64,000 nucleotides of DNA from Balanoglossus misakiensis (GCA_040954595.2 CM082592.2:9845677-9909676), one strand, 5' to 3'. Positions 40,696 through 55,310 are shown, counted from the stretch's first letter. A program made the numbers and translations. The notes: generated by a model from the letters alone, not told the origin.

Positions 40696-41267
40696 CTTTC
40701 AGTTCCGACGATCGTCGCGCAGAATAATGGGTAGAGCCAAATCTGATGATGCTCGATCCACGCCGTCCGCTGATGTTTAACCCTCTTGGTGACGTAACGG
40801 ACACCTGATCCAGCTGCTGATCACAGAGTGATCGGTGACCGACAGTTGCACTTACTCGATCGTTGACCCTAACCGAGGTGAACATCCGGGGATTCGTGTC
40901 AGTTTAACTCCTTAGCAGCAGCCTTCCATCAATCAGCTCATTCGCGTTTGATGGGAGCACAGAAGAGTGTTTCATTAATTTTTGCACTGTGTAATTCAAG
41001 ATCATTATATATGGATGAATGTATTGAGATTTACGATGGCTGTAGACTTTTTTGTGACAGGGTAACCAAAGCAGCCATATTATAAATATTGGCAATTCAG
41101 GGCGTTCTTCATTACCAGGAAATCAATCTCAACGTACAGACACACAACCAGTGTTTATATCCCGTGTGAAATGGACAATTCTGTGATGTGACGATCGTGT
41201 TGATAATCAAGCTTCCGCGATGATCTCCTAAGGTTGAGCGTCGAGGACTGGTCAGAAGTTACAAGGA
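40696..41267. promoter_or_regulatory. CpG-rich shared promoter region of the PhnD-like gene (-) and SH2B (+)
   Basis: Local CpG enrichment ~40690-40900, a perfect minus-strand donor at 40695, and the SH2B ATG at 41268. TSS positions are not determinable. Confidence 0.55.
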
Positions 41268-44200
41268 ATGGAGAACGGTGGAGTCGGGAGCGGAGAAATA
41301 ATTCCGACGGGAATGGACTGGGCAGAGTTTTGCGAAAATCACGCCCATATCGCTGCGGCAGAGTTTGCCAGACACTTCCGCCACTACATCACAGAGAATC
41401 CACAGTACGAGGAATCGGACGCTAGCAGTAAGTTTGCCCGCAGATACGTGGAACACTTCTTGGATCACTTCGAAGTCGAAGTGCATAAGGGCTTTAACAC
41501 CACTGGGGACACAAGAGGGGCCCATTTGAACGGCCGAAAGCTTGCCAGCGATCTGGACCTAAACAATGCACACTTAAAAGACGTAGTCTCAAATAATCAA
41601 TCAGAGCATAGCTTACATTCCAAAGTGGATAAGGCGAAACCCCCAATGTCTTCCAAACTCGGGAAAAAACTGTCTTTTAGAAATATGAGAGAGACTGTCA
41701 GGGCGAAATTTCGGAGGCAGACTGCGGAAGACAGTGGGCATGCAAAATTACGACCGAAACACGATATTTTGAAAGAAGGAATTGTTAATCAACTTATTGG
41801 AGAAGATGTGAATGGGAGGAACAAGTGGGAAAAAAGTCGACTGATTCTTGTCAAGACAGATGGAGGTCACATGTTGGAGTTCTATAGTCCTCCTAAGGTG
41901 AGTCATTGCTCTTTCTTTTGCTAAAAAAAGTTTTGTGTGTGTGTGTGTGGTGATACCATTCCAAATAAGTTTAAAATCAAATGGATCGTTTTTCTTATCA
42001 GATAAATCAATGGAAAAATAGTTTCGGTGGATTAAAATTTCCCCAGAAACGACAAACATGTCGAAAGGCGATGAAAAAGAACACAAAACAACTCAGGGTT
42101 AAATGTTTTTTTTCTGACAGTTCTCTATTTTGCCTGGTTCACTGACAGACCTTTGATTTGTGTGTTTAACAGTTTATTAATTGCCAGTCACAATAAATAT
42201 CTACTTGAAACTTAATGCAGTAAAGTTAATAAAAGTTAAAAAGAAATCTGGTATATCAAATGTTATTTCACGTAAGTGATACTGATACCCTTTAATGTTG
42301 GGAAAAGAATGAAATATCAGTATCATAAAAGTTAAAATACATTAATATGTAAATTAGAGGCTAGTGTTGCTTTGCCAACCGTACCACCCATATTTCTTCA
42401 TAGTCCAGACTTGTTGAACATGATGTTTACATGTATTAGAGAAGACTTGTTTAGACTGCAGAAAGTGCCTGGTGGGGTAAATTCTTTAGGAAGATAGCAT
42501 GGTTAGTGTTCAGTGGGTGTTTATAATTTTGTTCCAGTTTAAACAGTGCAACTGTGGCTCTTATTATAGATATACAGCATCTGTGGAACTGATGAATGTC
42601 AACTACTAATTACACCCCTTCCAATTACAATACCTGTCCTGACGACAAATTAATTTTCTTATCAATTTTGAATGAAATTGACATTGATTGATGTTACAGG
42701 AACAGCTGCATTGATGCATGGTTGCACGGCTCATAGTAAAGTGCTAAATGTTTAAATGTTAAGGGTTGCCAATTAATTAATCATCTATTTGACAAGTGTT
42801 GCTGTATTTCAAGGATAAATGCAATTTGTGAAAGCACTTCCTGTCCTTGGACCATGTGACATTGACACTGCCATGGAGACAGTTACCATATTGACTCTAT
42901 AGCACATGTGGTTCCAGTTTCACTTTTCCATGTTGGCTGTTTTTCCCATGCCTATATTGTACTTCTGTATTTGTTGAACGTTTCAGTGTTGTTCACACAG
43001 AGCTTACAAAAAAAAAAAACGATTTATCATCTTAATCCTGCGATTACTAATTGTCTGTTTCCTACCCACACACACGTACACCTATTAAATCTGGTACCAC
43101 GTATGGTATACCTTGTAATGTCTATCATTCATTTATTGTTTATTTCAACCACCACAGTCTTGTTATTGTTCAGAGATATGATTGGATCCAAATTATGAGA
43201 TGACTGATTTATATCCTGAAATTAGGATAAATGTTTTTAAATTAAACGAGAGAAGCGTAGAAAAAAGTGAAAGCGCCCCCCTCCCCCATCACAACAACCC
43301 ACTCATTTTCAATGATGTGACAGCTACTTCCTATCTTAGATGGATTACATTTCCTACATCCTGTAATATATTAAAATCCCATCGCTCATGTAAGACAATT
43401 TCCAATTTACTTTTAATTCAAGATACAAAGGGGAAAAGTAAACATGACGTCACGTTTTTAATCAATTGATATCTAATGTCCATTGTCATCACACTCCTAA
43501 TATTCCATCAACTCCAGGTGTACTGAAGTTTACAAATGACAGGTTAGATGTTGCCATAGAAACATCTCTAGAGAACTGGAGATTTAATTCCAACTCTGCA
43601 ACCCCAAGTGCTTTCACTCACCCTGGTTATTTTTCACCATTTTTTATCAGAATTTAATCAGAGCAGCTGCTTCTTTTGACAGACATGACGAATGAGACGC
43701 GTCTTCAAATTTACCCATCCATACTGTTAAATTAATTTCCGCTTTCAGTTTTCGCCGGTGAATTTTACAGTCAGACTTGTCTCTTAGAAACAAGAATTAG
43801 TGTTAAACAGGACTTTGAAAAAAGCAGCCACTTGATTGGTCCTTGTCCAATTGTCTAACTACACGTACCTTCATATACTCGTACATGTTGGTATAGTTTC
43901 TATAACAGTATCATATATCAATGATTCAGTTTTACTGTGAGAAAATAATTTGTAGTTGTTTGGAAATAAATTAATTCAACATCATACATGAAATATTTAA
44001 GGATCAAATGACCAGTAATAGAAACCATTATGATCCTGATATACATGTACCACGTTTTTGTTACCTCTGACCTTTGGCAAAGGTCACTTTATGATAAGAA
44101 TTTCTGACCTGTTGTATGGCTATGGCTCTCAGTGAAAATCTCCCTGAAAATTCAATTTGTCAGTATGCACTGAAATGTACTTTTGGGAGGCCAATGAACT

Positions 44201-47200
44201 GTTTTGAATTGTTGAACAGAAAAACAGAACACTCCAAAGCTGTATTTGAATAATAGAAATTCAAAATGGTTTATAGTCTAGACAGGGTAAGTTTACCAGA
44301 TGGCGTTACTATAATACTTGAATAACAACGTGTCCTGCATCTTAATTATATTTTGTTTATAAAATATTCAACTATGATAGACTGAATTCCTGTGTGTCTT
44401 TGCATTCATATTGTTACACTATAGCTTCTATTCATATTTTATTATGCATACAATATGTATATTATTTGCCTGGATCCATTTAAAAATATGTTTAGAAATC
44501 TTTACTGTGTGCCATAGATGATATTGTCAAATGATAGGTTTGTACATGGTCAAAAACAGGGATGAAAATACTTGTTTTTACATATTTCTGTCAATGTTCC
44601 CAGTCATGTCATATTTCACAAACAACTGATTTTCATCGTAAGCATTCAACAACAAGGGAAACAGAATAACAGAAAAACACTTTTTTTACGTCCGTGGTTC
44701 AGTGTGACGTCATGCGCCAGTGAAGACGAAGGACAAAATATTGAAGATATGAGGGAAAACAATCATTCTTCTTTCACAACCTCTTCCAAGGATATCTTTT
44801 GGAGTGATCAGTTTTGCAAGGTACCCTCTTTCAGAGAGGATTTTATCAAGTCTTTTAAGAACATCGTCAATAACACAGTGTACTTGGGTGTAGCCTAGTA
44901 CATAATCTGCCCTGTCTTGGCTCTGCTAAACTATTTGACAGAGCCAAGAAAAGGTGAACTAACTTGGATTTTCAAGTTACAAACTACCTTTATACCGTGT
45001 GGATATGCCTATGGGTGGTCTTGTTACACTACTGTGTATATACAGTGCAGCAAGGCGTACAACAGCCCCAGGGCAGTGTTACTGTTGCAATAAAAGGACG
45101 TATAATGTGAATCAATGGATGGGGTGAAGGTGAAGCTGCATTCAAAAGATAATTTGTAAAACCATTGCATGACGATGAATATGATGACCCAAGGGGTCTA
45201 AATCTACGTATTCGCATAAAGTGCTGACGCATCTAACCCTCGTTAGATCACCATAAACCCGTTTGCAGGCTATAAAACTTCATGCGTCTCACAAAGAATT
45301 GTATACTTTATGAACTCTTTTCATGCCGAGACTGTCAGATTTCTTGTTAAATTTATGAAGGAAAAAATACATGCGACTTGGTTACTGGTTTGTTTCAGAT
45401 ATGACCTAGACGTAGAAGCAGTCAATGTACAAAGTATAATTAGAATGGAGATATTATTTACATGTTCACCTCATTGGGCTTTAAGTATGGTTGAATGCAT
45501 CACCTAATTGGAATTTGTTTTTCATGACTTGTGCACTGAAAAAAATTTATCTACACCCCACCATAATCGTGACAAATTGAATAGAGGACAGGTTCATTTT
45601 TCAATTTTGGAGCGATCAATGAAAATCATGTGAATATTTCTAAGAATTACAACGAATTATGTTCCCTTTCAGGAGCAATATTTTGTGAATCAGAATTGAT
45701 TGGGATTTGTTTGTCTGCTGGGCTTTGCAGCATTCTGACCTTTAGACCTGCATTCATTGATACGTGGTTGGCAATTTCCTGGTTTGAGACAAAAAGTTGA
45801 AAACCTCTTTGGTATTGTTCATTGTAAATATGTTGGACCTATTATCAATACACTTTGCAAATGCTGGGTTGGCGCACAAAAATTCTGAGCATTCAACATG
45901 CTTTCGGGATTAGATCAAGAAATTCTGGTCAATTTACAAGACAAGTATGTAACAAAAATCAAACAACATGAGAGAAATGCTGGTTAGTGAGCACTATAAT
46001 CATGAGTGAACAGCATTGGAAGGTCTGTGAGTGTTATAGATTAAACTCTGCAAAACGAAATCAATATTCTCATGACATAGTAGCTTTACATTAGCTATGT
46101 CTCTCTGTCATAATTATTTGATATTCTCAATGTATACTGGAAATCATTGATTGACATGAAGTGCTACTTTCAGAATATTACAGGTGCCTTGATATGTAAA
46201 TTCATTGGAGACAATAGCTGTAAATTTGCCTATCCAGGGTCCTATTTAAATAACAAAAGGAAATGTCGGCATTAAAAAATTGCACTCAGGAAGGGGTTTC
46301 GTAAGGTCAAAATGGTATGAATCATGGCCTATGCGTATCATGTACAATACAAGCACAAAAACAATTTCACAAGAAAATTTTGAAATGTATGGTAAGTTGA
46401 CATTGTGATATATGAATCATGTTTTTGAAATGAACATACACCTGCATTGGTGTACTGTAGGACAATAAATTACACGTTTTTCCTGATTGAAAGTTAAACA
46501 GGATGGCTTTTGAAGAGAGGAAATGGCTGAGTGACAGTTGCTAAGGAGCAAAGGCCAATATCCATGACGATTGACGCCAGGGCAGATATTCTTGTATTTA
46601 AAATTCATAGACCCCAGTGTGTGTTCCATTCTCGATGTGCTGTTTTGATGTAATTGTTACTTATATGTGAGCTGTAAATTGGGAAAATTGCGCGAAAATG
46701 AGTAAAAAAACAGCATCAGCTGTGCTGGTCTTTTAAAAATTTGCATCACAACAAGAGATAATGAGAAAAAAGCTCTAAAGTAGTCTCTTAGCAGATCAGA
46801 TTGGCAGAGGCCAATCCAAGATGCATCTACGAAAACAAGACATTTATTTTACTTCTGTGCAGTCACAGAGATAAATCATGCCTGCAGGCCAAGTCAGCTT
46901 GTTTGCTTCTCTTAATCGTGTAAGTTGTTTGCCATTTCAGAGAGCGTTTAAGATGTAGAGTCTGTTCTCGAGACGCTTCCTGCCACGTCTCCTGAATCAG
47001 TACAAATCATCTCGTCAGCCGTGCCATCATCATCAATTCTGACACAGTGCCATCGATGCACCCGTGTCTAGACTGAAAGCATAATCACTGATGAAGAAAG
47101 GGCACTTCAGGGCATGATGTAATGCAAAGCTTACGGAAAAATAAAAATAGAATATTGTTTTTATAGTTCCTTTTCTATAACAGTTGCACCATTATTGTAC

Positions 47201-50200
47201 TTTCATTAACCACCATATACACGTTAGAAAGAAAATATAATTTTTAAAACAAAATTAAATGGCGTATTTTGGCAACAGCTTTATGAATAAATTGATAATA
47301 AATTGACAACAATGTGCAAAATTTAACAGATAAGAGCTCAGGGTGACAGAATTAATGTCACCTCAAATGTTCCCTGTGTCTGCCAAGTCCCATGAATCAA
47401 CTGCATCTGCATATCACATGAATAGCACAGGAGGTGTTTTCAGACCTTCTAGTAAAACCGTCAGCTTAGCAGCATTAAAACGCAGCCATGCTAAATTACG
47501 GCTACAAAGAATATAGCCTGTCACCCCTTTTCATGTATGCGAGTCACGTCGCAGTCTCTCCCCGCTCTTGTTGGCCTGTTTACACAGATGAAGCCTTTAT
47601 TGCTTTGACATTTAGGTGCCTTTTGGGTGAATCTCATCCATAGATCACACCTAAATGATAACACCATTACATGTTTTTTACGCTCATCAGCAAACTCTGC
47701 CAGTTTTGCCACAAGATTTGACTGTCTCAAGCAAATGCCGAGTTTATTTTACATTTCGTGGAGTGGAGTCAAGGACTAAGGCTCTTTATTATAGAAGCTG
47801 ACGCACAACAAACATTATTCCATTGTTTAGGGGGAGGGTTATGAGCTCATTTATTTTGTGCATACGTCAAATGATGGAAATACTAGTTTGTTCCATCAGT
47901 CAGTTCATCCCAACGAAGTATAGCTAACTTCACAGATGAGTTAAAATTGCAATGTTTACTGATAGTACGTACACAGCTCACCCATGTGGGCTTATCTGCC
48001 CCCACAAGCATCCCTGACGTCAGAGCTGCTTGCTGTTCAGACCAGAGTGTGTCCATTTCAAGGTCACTTCTTCTGTTTCCCTCTGTGTCACAGATTTAAC
48101 ACTTCCTCAGTGAAGATGTCAGCGCTATAGTCGTAAATCAGCTGACAGCAAGCACTGTTTGATGCTCAAGGATTTACAAGTGCCTCTTGCCCATACAAAG
48201 CCTGACATCTCCAAAAAACAAATACAATACACTTAGATTTTTTGAAGGTTAAGAATGACACTTTTTGTTGCTAGTTATTTTTTATTGTAAAAAGTCACCA
48301 GATCCTGTTTATGTATACTAGTGCGTCAGTCATAAAAGAGGAGTTTCAGAATACATGTATACTGTAAAGGGTTTCATGTTATTTATATCTCATAAACATG
48401 AAGCCTAATATTTGGCCTCCATGTGGTCCCTTTAATTGGTCTATCTTGTCTTGTTTTGCTATCCTATCCCTTGGTCTATCTTGTCTTGTTTTGCTATCCT
48501 ATCCCTTGGTCTATCTTGTCTTGTTTTGCTATCCTATCCCTTGGTCTATCTTGTCTTGTTTTGCTATCCTATCCCTTGGTCTATCTTGTCTTGTTTTGCT
48601 ATCCTATCCCTTGGTCTATCTTGTCTTGTTTTGCTATCCTATCCCTTGGTCTATCTTGTCTTGTTTTGCTATCCTATCCCTATCTTAAAATGAACCATAT
48701 TTGCATCTTTGTTTACCACACAAGAGGATTGTTAAAAACTGAATGGGTGTTTTGCTCATGACTTGCTCGTAGAAGTCCATGAACCAATATCGTGACCTTG
48801 GCCACATCTACTCAAGTTGCTGCGACCCGATCATGACCATGATCACATATGTAGGTGTTGATACTGCGACCCTTTGATGATCTAAACTTGACCTTCACAG
48901 ATGACTTTTTCACCAGGAGATTTGCCAAGAATCGATTGTTATTTTAATGTGTGTGAACTGATGTGTATATCATTATTTTGGGGTTTTTTTCTTCGTTCTG
49001 TCAGGCACACAAGCCCAAAAATGGGATATTTTGTTTCCTGATAAAGGAGGCCAGAGAAACTACTGCTTTAGAGCTGCCTGATACAGAGAATACATTTGTA
49101 CTGAAGGTAGGATTTTTTATACATTTGAAATGCAGAATTCTGGGTTTTCTCAATGTAGAATTATATCTTGTCTAAAGAACATTCATAGTCTTCATCCCTA
49201 ACCCCTACCGGCAGTTGTGTGCCCGAACTAAAACAAGCTGGGTGAAGCTAGCCAGCAGGAATGTTATTTCAACAAGAATGTCACACTTGAAAACAGAGGC
49301 AGACTCGTGTTCATAACATTTATATCCTATGTAAACATCTTGATTTGTTTATCGACAGACGGAGAACAAAATGGAATATGTAATAGAAGCAACCAATGTA
49401 CCAGAAATGAGGGTTTGGTTGAACATGATTAAAGACTCCATCAAGAAGGATTATGAAAACAATCAGCTCAATCGAAGGTATGTCAAAACTCTCTCTCCCT
49501 TCCCCCACTCTCCCTAGTCAATATTACACCTGCTCTCTGATTGGTCGAGAACATTTCCAGTATGAAACATACACCCCAGTTGATCCAGTTTCATTTATTG
49601 ACCTATCTATTTATCAGACAATATTTTGGAACATACATCAAAGTCTCTTTCATAATTTTACAGCACGTGATTTTCCACACGTGCTAAAAAACAGGGGTGA
49701 CTGGCCGCTGCGACATGGATATTGTAACTTTATACAAATCTTTATCTCAAGTATGCCTAAGTGTAAACGTGTAAATCTTGGCAGTGTTTTGAGTTTCATG
49801 AAAACCTTGTTGATGCTGGCAGACACTCCAGACATTCAAGCACTTTTCAGACCTAATCCCCTCTGCATCTTGTGTTAACATCAAAGAAGGGGAAACCTTT
49901 TGACTTTGAGTGAATTAGGTCAATTGCCATGAGCAACGTAAGCAGATAGCCAGCTTGTTGATTCAATAAGCATGATGTCCCCCATGTGTTAAACATTGAA
50001 GTTTGTTGTTGAGATATGACTGTCTCTCTCAGGGACGTGTTGCAGAAAAATACGAGTGACCTTATTACCATATTTTGTTCGAGCTTGCATTGAATCATTC
50101 TGAAAAGGGAAATTTGTGTTCACTATCTTGTTTAAGAAACCATTCTTTTCAATGAATTTGACATTAGTAAATGGGAGAGCTCACCCTCTAAAAGTCAAAG

Positions 50201-53200
50201 TACTACATGGTGAGCCATCTTTATTCAATATGTGAAAAAAAATCATGGTTTAACATAGACACTCCATGGAAATCTGTGATTGGCTAGAACTCAAATGATG
50301 ACGGCAGATGTAGTTTTACCGAAAGTGAAAGTGAAATTATATCATGAATGATACTTTTGTTCAGAAAATGATGCAGAAGTCATCTTGGCTTTTTAAACAA
50401 GGTAGACCCTTCCCTATAATGGCATTTTCTAATAATCATTGGCGTTTATTTTTTTAGAAAAAACGCCACAAATCTCACAGCTAACTGGTGCTTTCATTTA
50501 TTTTTTGCATTTTTTTTTCTTGTCGTTACAGTAGTGAGCAGGTGCCACCTCGAGCTCCGGCTGTCATGTCAAATCCTAATGACTTGTCGAGGCCATTGCA
50601 AGACATCTACCGTGAGTACAGACAATGATCTGCTAGTCAAAATCTCCCACTAATCACAGCATCTATGTAGGGAACGGTTTTCAAAGGAACACACAACTGT
50701 AGTGCCCACCAGGCTTTGTGTCGTGTGTGTCATTTGAAAAGGAGTGTAGATATCTCGGTTTCTAGAATAGAGGCCGTCTCCCTCATTTGTGAGACAAATT
50801 TCTATTGCAGTTTCAGGAAACCAAAAACCAAATTATTCTCTTCTGTGTACGTGGCATATTTTGTGTCATGTTATAGTGAAATTGGAACTGTTTTTACCAT
50901 GAATATGTCATTATTATCAGATTTATACCAAAAATTACTATATCTAAAAACATGGTGTTTGAAGTAAATTTATATCTTTGCTCCTGCAGTTTAACAGTAA
51001 GGTCAGCTCTCAAATCCTGAATATTTTCTTGCATCTTCTGCTTAATCTAATCTGTGTTGAAAATAATCCGGTTATTGTTTGCTACTGCCCAGTATGAGCG
51101 TTTTTCAGTCATTCTGCTTTTCAGCGATTTTTTTTTCTTGCTAAATGCATTTATAGAACAGATTTGCTGTACTGCAGGCGGTACAGATTATTAAGTAGAA
51201 TGTATGAGCAGTTGTGCTGTGCTCAGCTCTTTCTGACATCATGTCATGCCTACAAGCTTTTCCATTTTTTTTCTATCTGGCTCTGATGAAACATAAAAAA
51301 TAGCTATCATCTGCGGAGTCCTTTATATGAATACAAGTCCGTCAACTGTGATCTGTAAATACTGAACGTATAATACTGTCGGGTGAAATTTGACAACTAT
51401 ATTACAGCTAGCTTATAGCGTATGATTTCCATATAATTTCCAGTTATCCGAGATACCAATCATGGTTGTGTGATATCATCTATTCTCAAGCTTGCACTCA
51501 TAAAAATGAATGATATCATAGAATAATGAGCTGCTGGGTTCTTGTGACATAGGCACAGTGTATCAACTGAATTTTCTGTCATGAATTCAAACCGGATGCT
51601 GGGTATAAACGGCCCACCTACACATTATGTGCGATGTAATTCTACTATTGTTGCATTGAAACCTGTTTACCCTTCTTCCGCCAAAACCATAGAAGACAAT
51701 GGATCTGGACCAAAACCATACTGTGACATGAAACCATGACAAGTGAAATTTCATTGAACAATGACTATTCAAATTACTGATGGACAGATGAAGCAGAGTG
51801 AAACCTGCACTCGCAAATCATGCATGTCCATGTCACGAATTGCTGAAATATTTATCCAACGATACAATACGGCACAACAATTCCACTGCTTGGGTGACGA
51901 GTTATGGCATAATCCAGCTGTACATGGTGGCCTTTTGTTATACAAGACAGTGCAATTTTCCATTATTATGGAATTGAAAGCAGTTTTTGAAATGATTCAT
52001 TATTAACGCTGACATTATTATGACATTGCAGCTGGTGGAATAACACCTGTTGGAATGGACAACAAACCGACAGCTCATGTGACACCCAACTCAGCCATGT
52101 CTTTGCCAATTGACAGCATCACTCCCCCTGGGACGCCGCCCCAGTTGCCGCCTCGGAAACCCACAGATCCCATGCGATCGAGGGTGTCCAGCAGTGCCTC
52201 CGACATCCATCCTCCATATGCAGGTAGAGCTGATTCACCAGCTACAGGTTTGTCACAGATGTTTTTACTTCACTGTACGTGCAACTTGCACAATATCAAT
52301 GATATCGTCACCATTTAGCCACAGGACCTCCCCTTCACATACAAAAAGAGATCAGCATCCACAGTTTACCTTTTACTGTTAGAGGGCGCTACACTAAACT
52401 TGAACTCCAGACATCTGGAAAACATATCTACATTAGAGAGGGTTTGAGTACGAAGGGTCTCAATATTCAGGGACTGACACCAATTGGAATCTCTTCTCCA
52501 GGTTCCCTTGACACGGATTCCCTGGAATGGAATCCCAACGCCTGGAATCCAGGTCACAGTGACATGGAACAGGAGCACCCGTTGGCCGGATATCCCTGGT
52601 TTCACGGCACGCTGTCACGGATTGACGCTGCCCAGTATGTCTTGCAAGGTGGTCCCATGAACCATGGTGTGTTTCTTGTAAGACAGAGCGAGACCAGGAG
52701 GGGAGAGTACGTCCTCACTTTCAATTTCCAAGGCCGAGCGAAGGTATGTAGTGGAACTCAGACTTCCGAAAGAATGCTAAGATTGTTCTTCTTTTTTTTC
52801 AGAAGAATAAATTTCACTCTAAATTTTGAATGATTTAATATTTAATGTTTTGATTTTTTTCAGCATCTTCGTATGTCGCTCAACAATGAAGGTCAGTGTC
52901 GCGTTCAACACCTGTGGTTCCAGACCATCTTCGACATGTTAGAACACTTCCGCTCACATCCCATACCCTTGGAATCGGGAGGATCGTCTGACGTCACATT
53001 GACGAATTTTGTGGTGAACGCACCGCCACAACCTGGGAGGACAGTGGCCAGCGCACCTGCCACGCCAAACGCGATCATGGACCCGCAGTTGATCCCTCAA
53101 CTGCAACAATCCTTGTCAGTGCCTGGCCACGCAAGCGTTTCCCTCTCAGACATTGGCTCCTCTAGGGGGTCACTGACCATTAGTAACTCTGCCGAAAACG

Positions 53201-53334
53201 AACTGAACCAGCCGCAGACGTACAGCGGTTCGGTTCGCATTCGCGCAAACTCTGCCGGGAGCGATTCCAGCCGGCATTCCAACCCGCCAAACAACCAAGG
53301 GCGTGCCGTGGAAAACATGTACTCATTCGTGTAA
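41268..53334 (+). CDS. SH2B: SH2B adaptor protein (SH2B1/APS/Lnk family), ~619 aa
   Basis: Exons: 41268-41897, 49005-49106, 49359-49477, 50532-50611, 52032-52247 (alt donor 52223), 52502-52743 (alt acceptors 52319/52325), 52864-53334. Phe-zipper [23 protein letters not shown]; PH domain ([18 protein letters not shown]|[23 protein letters not shown]); SH2 [58 protein letters not shown]; C-terminal Cbl-binding-type motif [10 protein letters not shown]. Confidence 0.93.
41934..41949. repeat. (TG)n microsatellite in SH2B intron 1
   Basis: About 8 TG units read directly. Confidence 0.7.
48436..48680. repeat. 35-bp minisatellite, 7 identical copies
   Basis: Unit TTGGTCTATCTTGTCTTGTTTTGCTATCCTATCCC starts at 48436, 48471, 48506, 48541, 48576, 48611 and 48646, with no spacers. 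Confidence 0.97.
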
Positions 53335-55310
53335 AGGAGAAGAGACTTTTTATTTACTAAAACATATTACAGTCCATTTTTTATATGTAACATACATGTA
53401 CAATAGCTTTGCATAGCAGCATGGCTTAACACTGTTTAGTGTGTCTGTTCATTTTCAAAGTATAGCTAATATATGAAATTATGTTTATAAATTTATTTTA
53501 ATACAAAACACTGTAACAATTGGCTGTGAAAATGTGTTGGTGGCTTCCTATAAACCCAGAAGCCATCATTATGACTGTTTTAATCTCCCTCTTATTCTAT
53601 GCACCGAGTCCAATCAGAAAGGCATGTCCTTCTTGATTGATGCATACACTAAATATGCATTCTTAAATTAAATTTTTTCTTAGCTCTGCAAGAATTCAAC
53701 CACTCCAGTTTTATTCTTGTGTTTCCCCAAGTTTGGCTGTGAACCCCTTTTTAGATTCATTGTTTGTTATGGGTAAACCAAACCAAAGGATTAAATTTTA
53801 TTTTTGTTTTCTGTACACTGTAAACCAGTATACTGCCCTGTTTCCCTGACAACTGGTTGCATTTAAGGTTTATCATTGTTTTTATTTTGCGCACAAGTTA
53901 TTCTTTATAAGCCGAGTTTTAAGACCCAGGGAAACTTGACTTGAGAACCTGTGTCGAATAATTTGCACAAACAGTCAAGTCTTGTACTTTGAAGCCCCTA
54001 CCCAAAGGGGAAAAATTATCTGGTGCAGAGGTATATACACAAGAAAGCTTGTATGATGCATTAACATTTAAACCTTGACCTCTGTTGACCTACAATCATG
54101 GGGATTTACCCCAGAACAGGGTTCAAAGGGCAAGATAACCTAGAAGATAACTGTTTACTTCACGAGCTGAGAGTTGACTGTTGCAACATACCAGTGCTCA
54201 CATTTTCCTGAATTCAAATTGGTCTCTCAGTCTGTATGGTACTACAAAATATATTCTTGTAACCAGAATGTAGACATTATTAAAACAGTACTCTGACAGC
54301 CTTTGACAACCACGATACAAAACCAGAATCTTTTTCATTCTTTATGGGGATATTTTCACTAATTATCAAAAGTATACTTCAACATTTATTACACACAGGA
54401 AATACATGGATGATAAGGAGTGTTGCCATAGTCACAGGCTTCTTCAAGTTTCCATGGGAAATCTCAATTTTGTTGGTTTGGTGTTTTTTTCCTCCCCCTA
54501 ATGTCAGAGAATAAATCATTTTAAATTTCAGTTTGCGTTATTCAGTTGTAAGTCAAGTTCACTTGTGTTCCGTGTTTTTTCAGAATGTCTTTAACCTTTG
54601 TCAATGTTGTGTATTACAGTTTTGATGCAGCTGCATTCATTTTTTCATACTTGAGATTTCACACAAGAGATCTTTTAAATTAATATGTACATTAATTACA
54701 TATAGGCGGAGGGAAAAGTTTGACAGCGTTTAACACTACAGTAATTGTACACTCTCACTAGTCTTGAATTAAAGATGAGATCTTACTCTGGCAATAACCA
54801 CCTAGACAGTTTATTTGCTTCTCAATGTATCTCTTGTCAGCTGACCCCCAGTGCAGTGGTCTCAATTCTAGTTGTTTTACTAGTAGAAGTTTTGTTTGTG
54901 CACATAGATGGCGGGTATTGATCGTAGCATTTATTCATCATACATACATATTTACTGCCTATATAAAGTACAAGAATTGTTTCCTTGTAGAAATATCTGT
55001 GCCATGCATATTCTATTGGGCGCTCATGAAAATTTTGAATCAAAATTAAGTGCCCCCCTCCCTCGCAATTTTGTTTATCACGCACATTTATTTTTCCATG
55101 CTCCTGAGGTCAGGCAAGTGTTTGTGAAAGTGGCTATTTCGTCCATGCAGATATTGTACAATTATCAGACTTGTAGTATTTATAACAAAAATGATATTTG
55201 TTACATTTTAATATGCAATTTAGATATTTCAGAATGCTAACATTCATTGCACTTTCAGCTGTTATATTCACAGGAAATATTTTCCCATTGGCCTGCAGAG
55301 ACCATGGTTA

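Noticed and set aside
44749-44820. Possible alternative first coding exon of SH2B after a CRE ([24 protein letters not shown]), in phase with exon 2
   Set aside because: The donor AAG|GTACCC is weak and the product would have a truncated PH domain. There is no other support.
48398-48761. Three overlapping hydrophobic ORFs and a superficial CRISPR-like look
   Set aside because: They are translations of a stop-free 35-bp tandem repeat. There are no spacers and no cas genes, and the context is eukaryotic.
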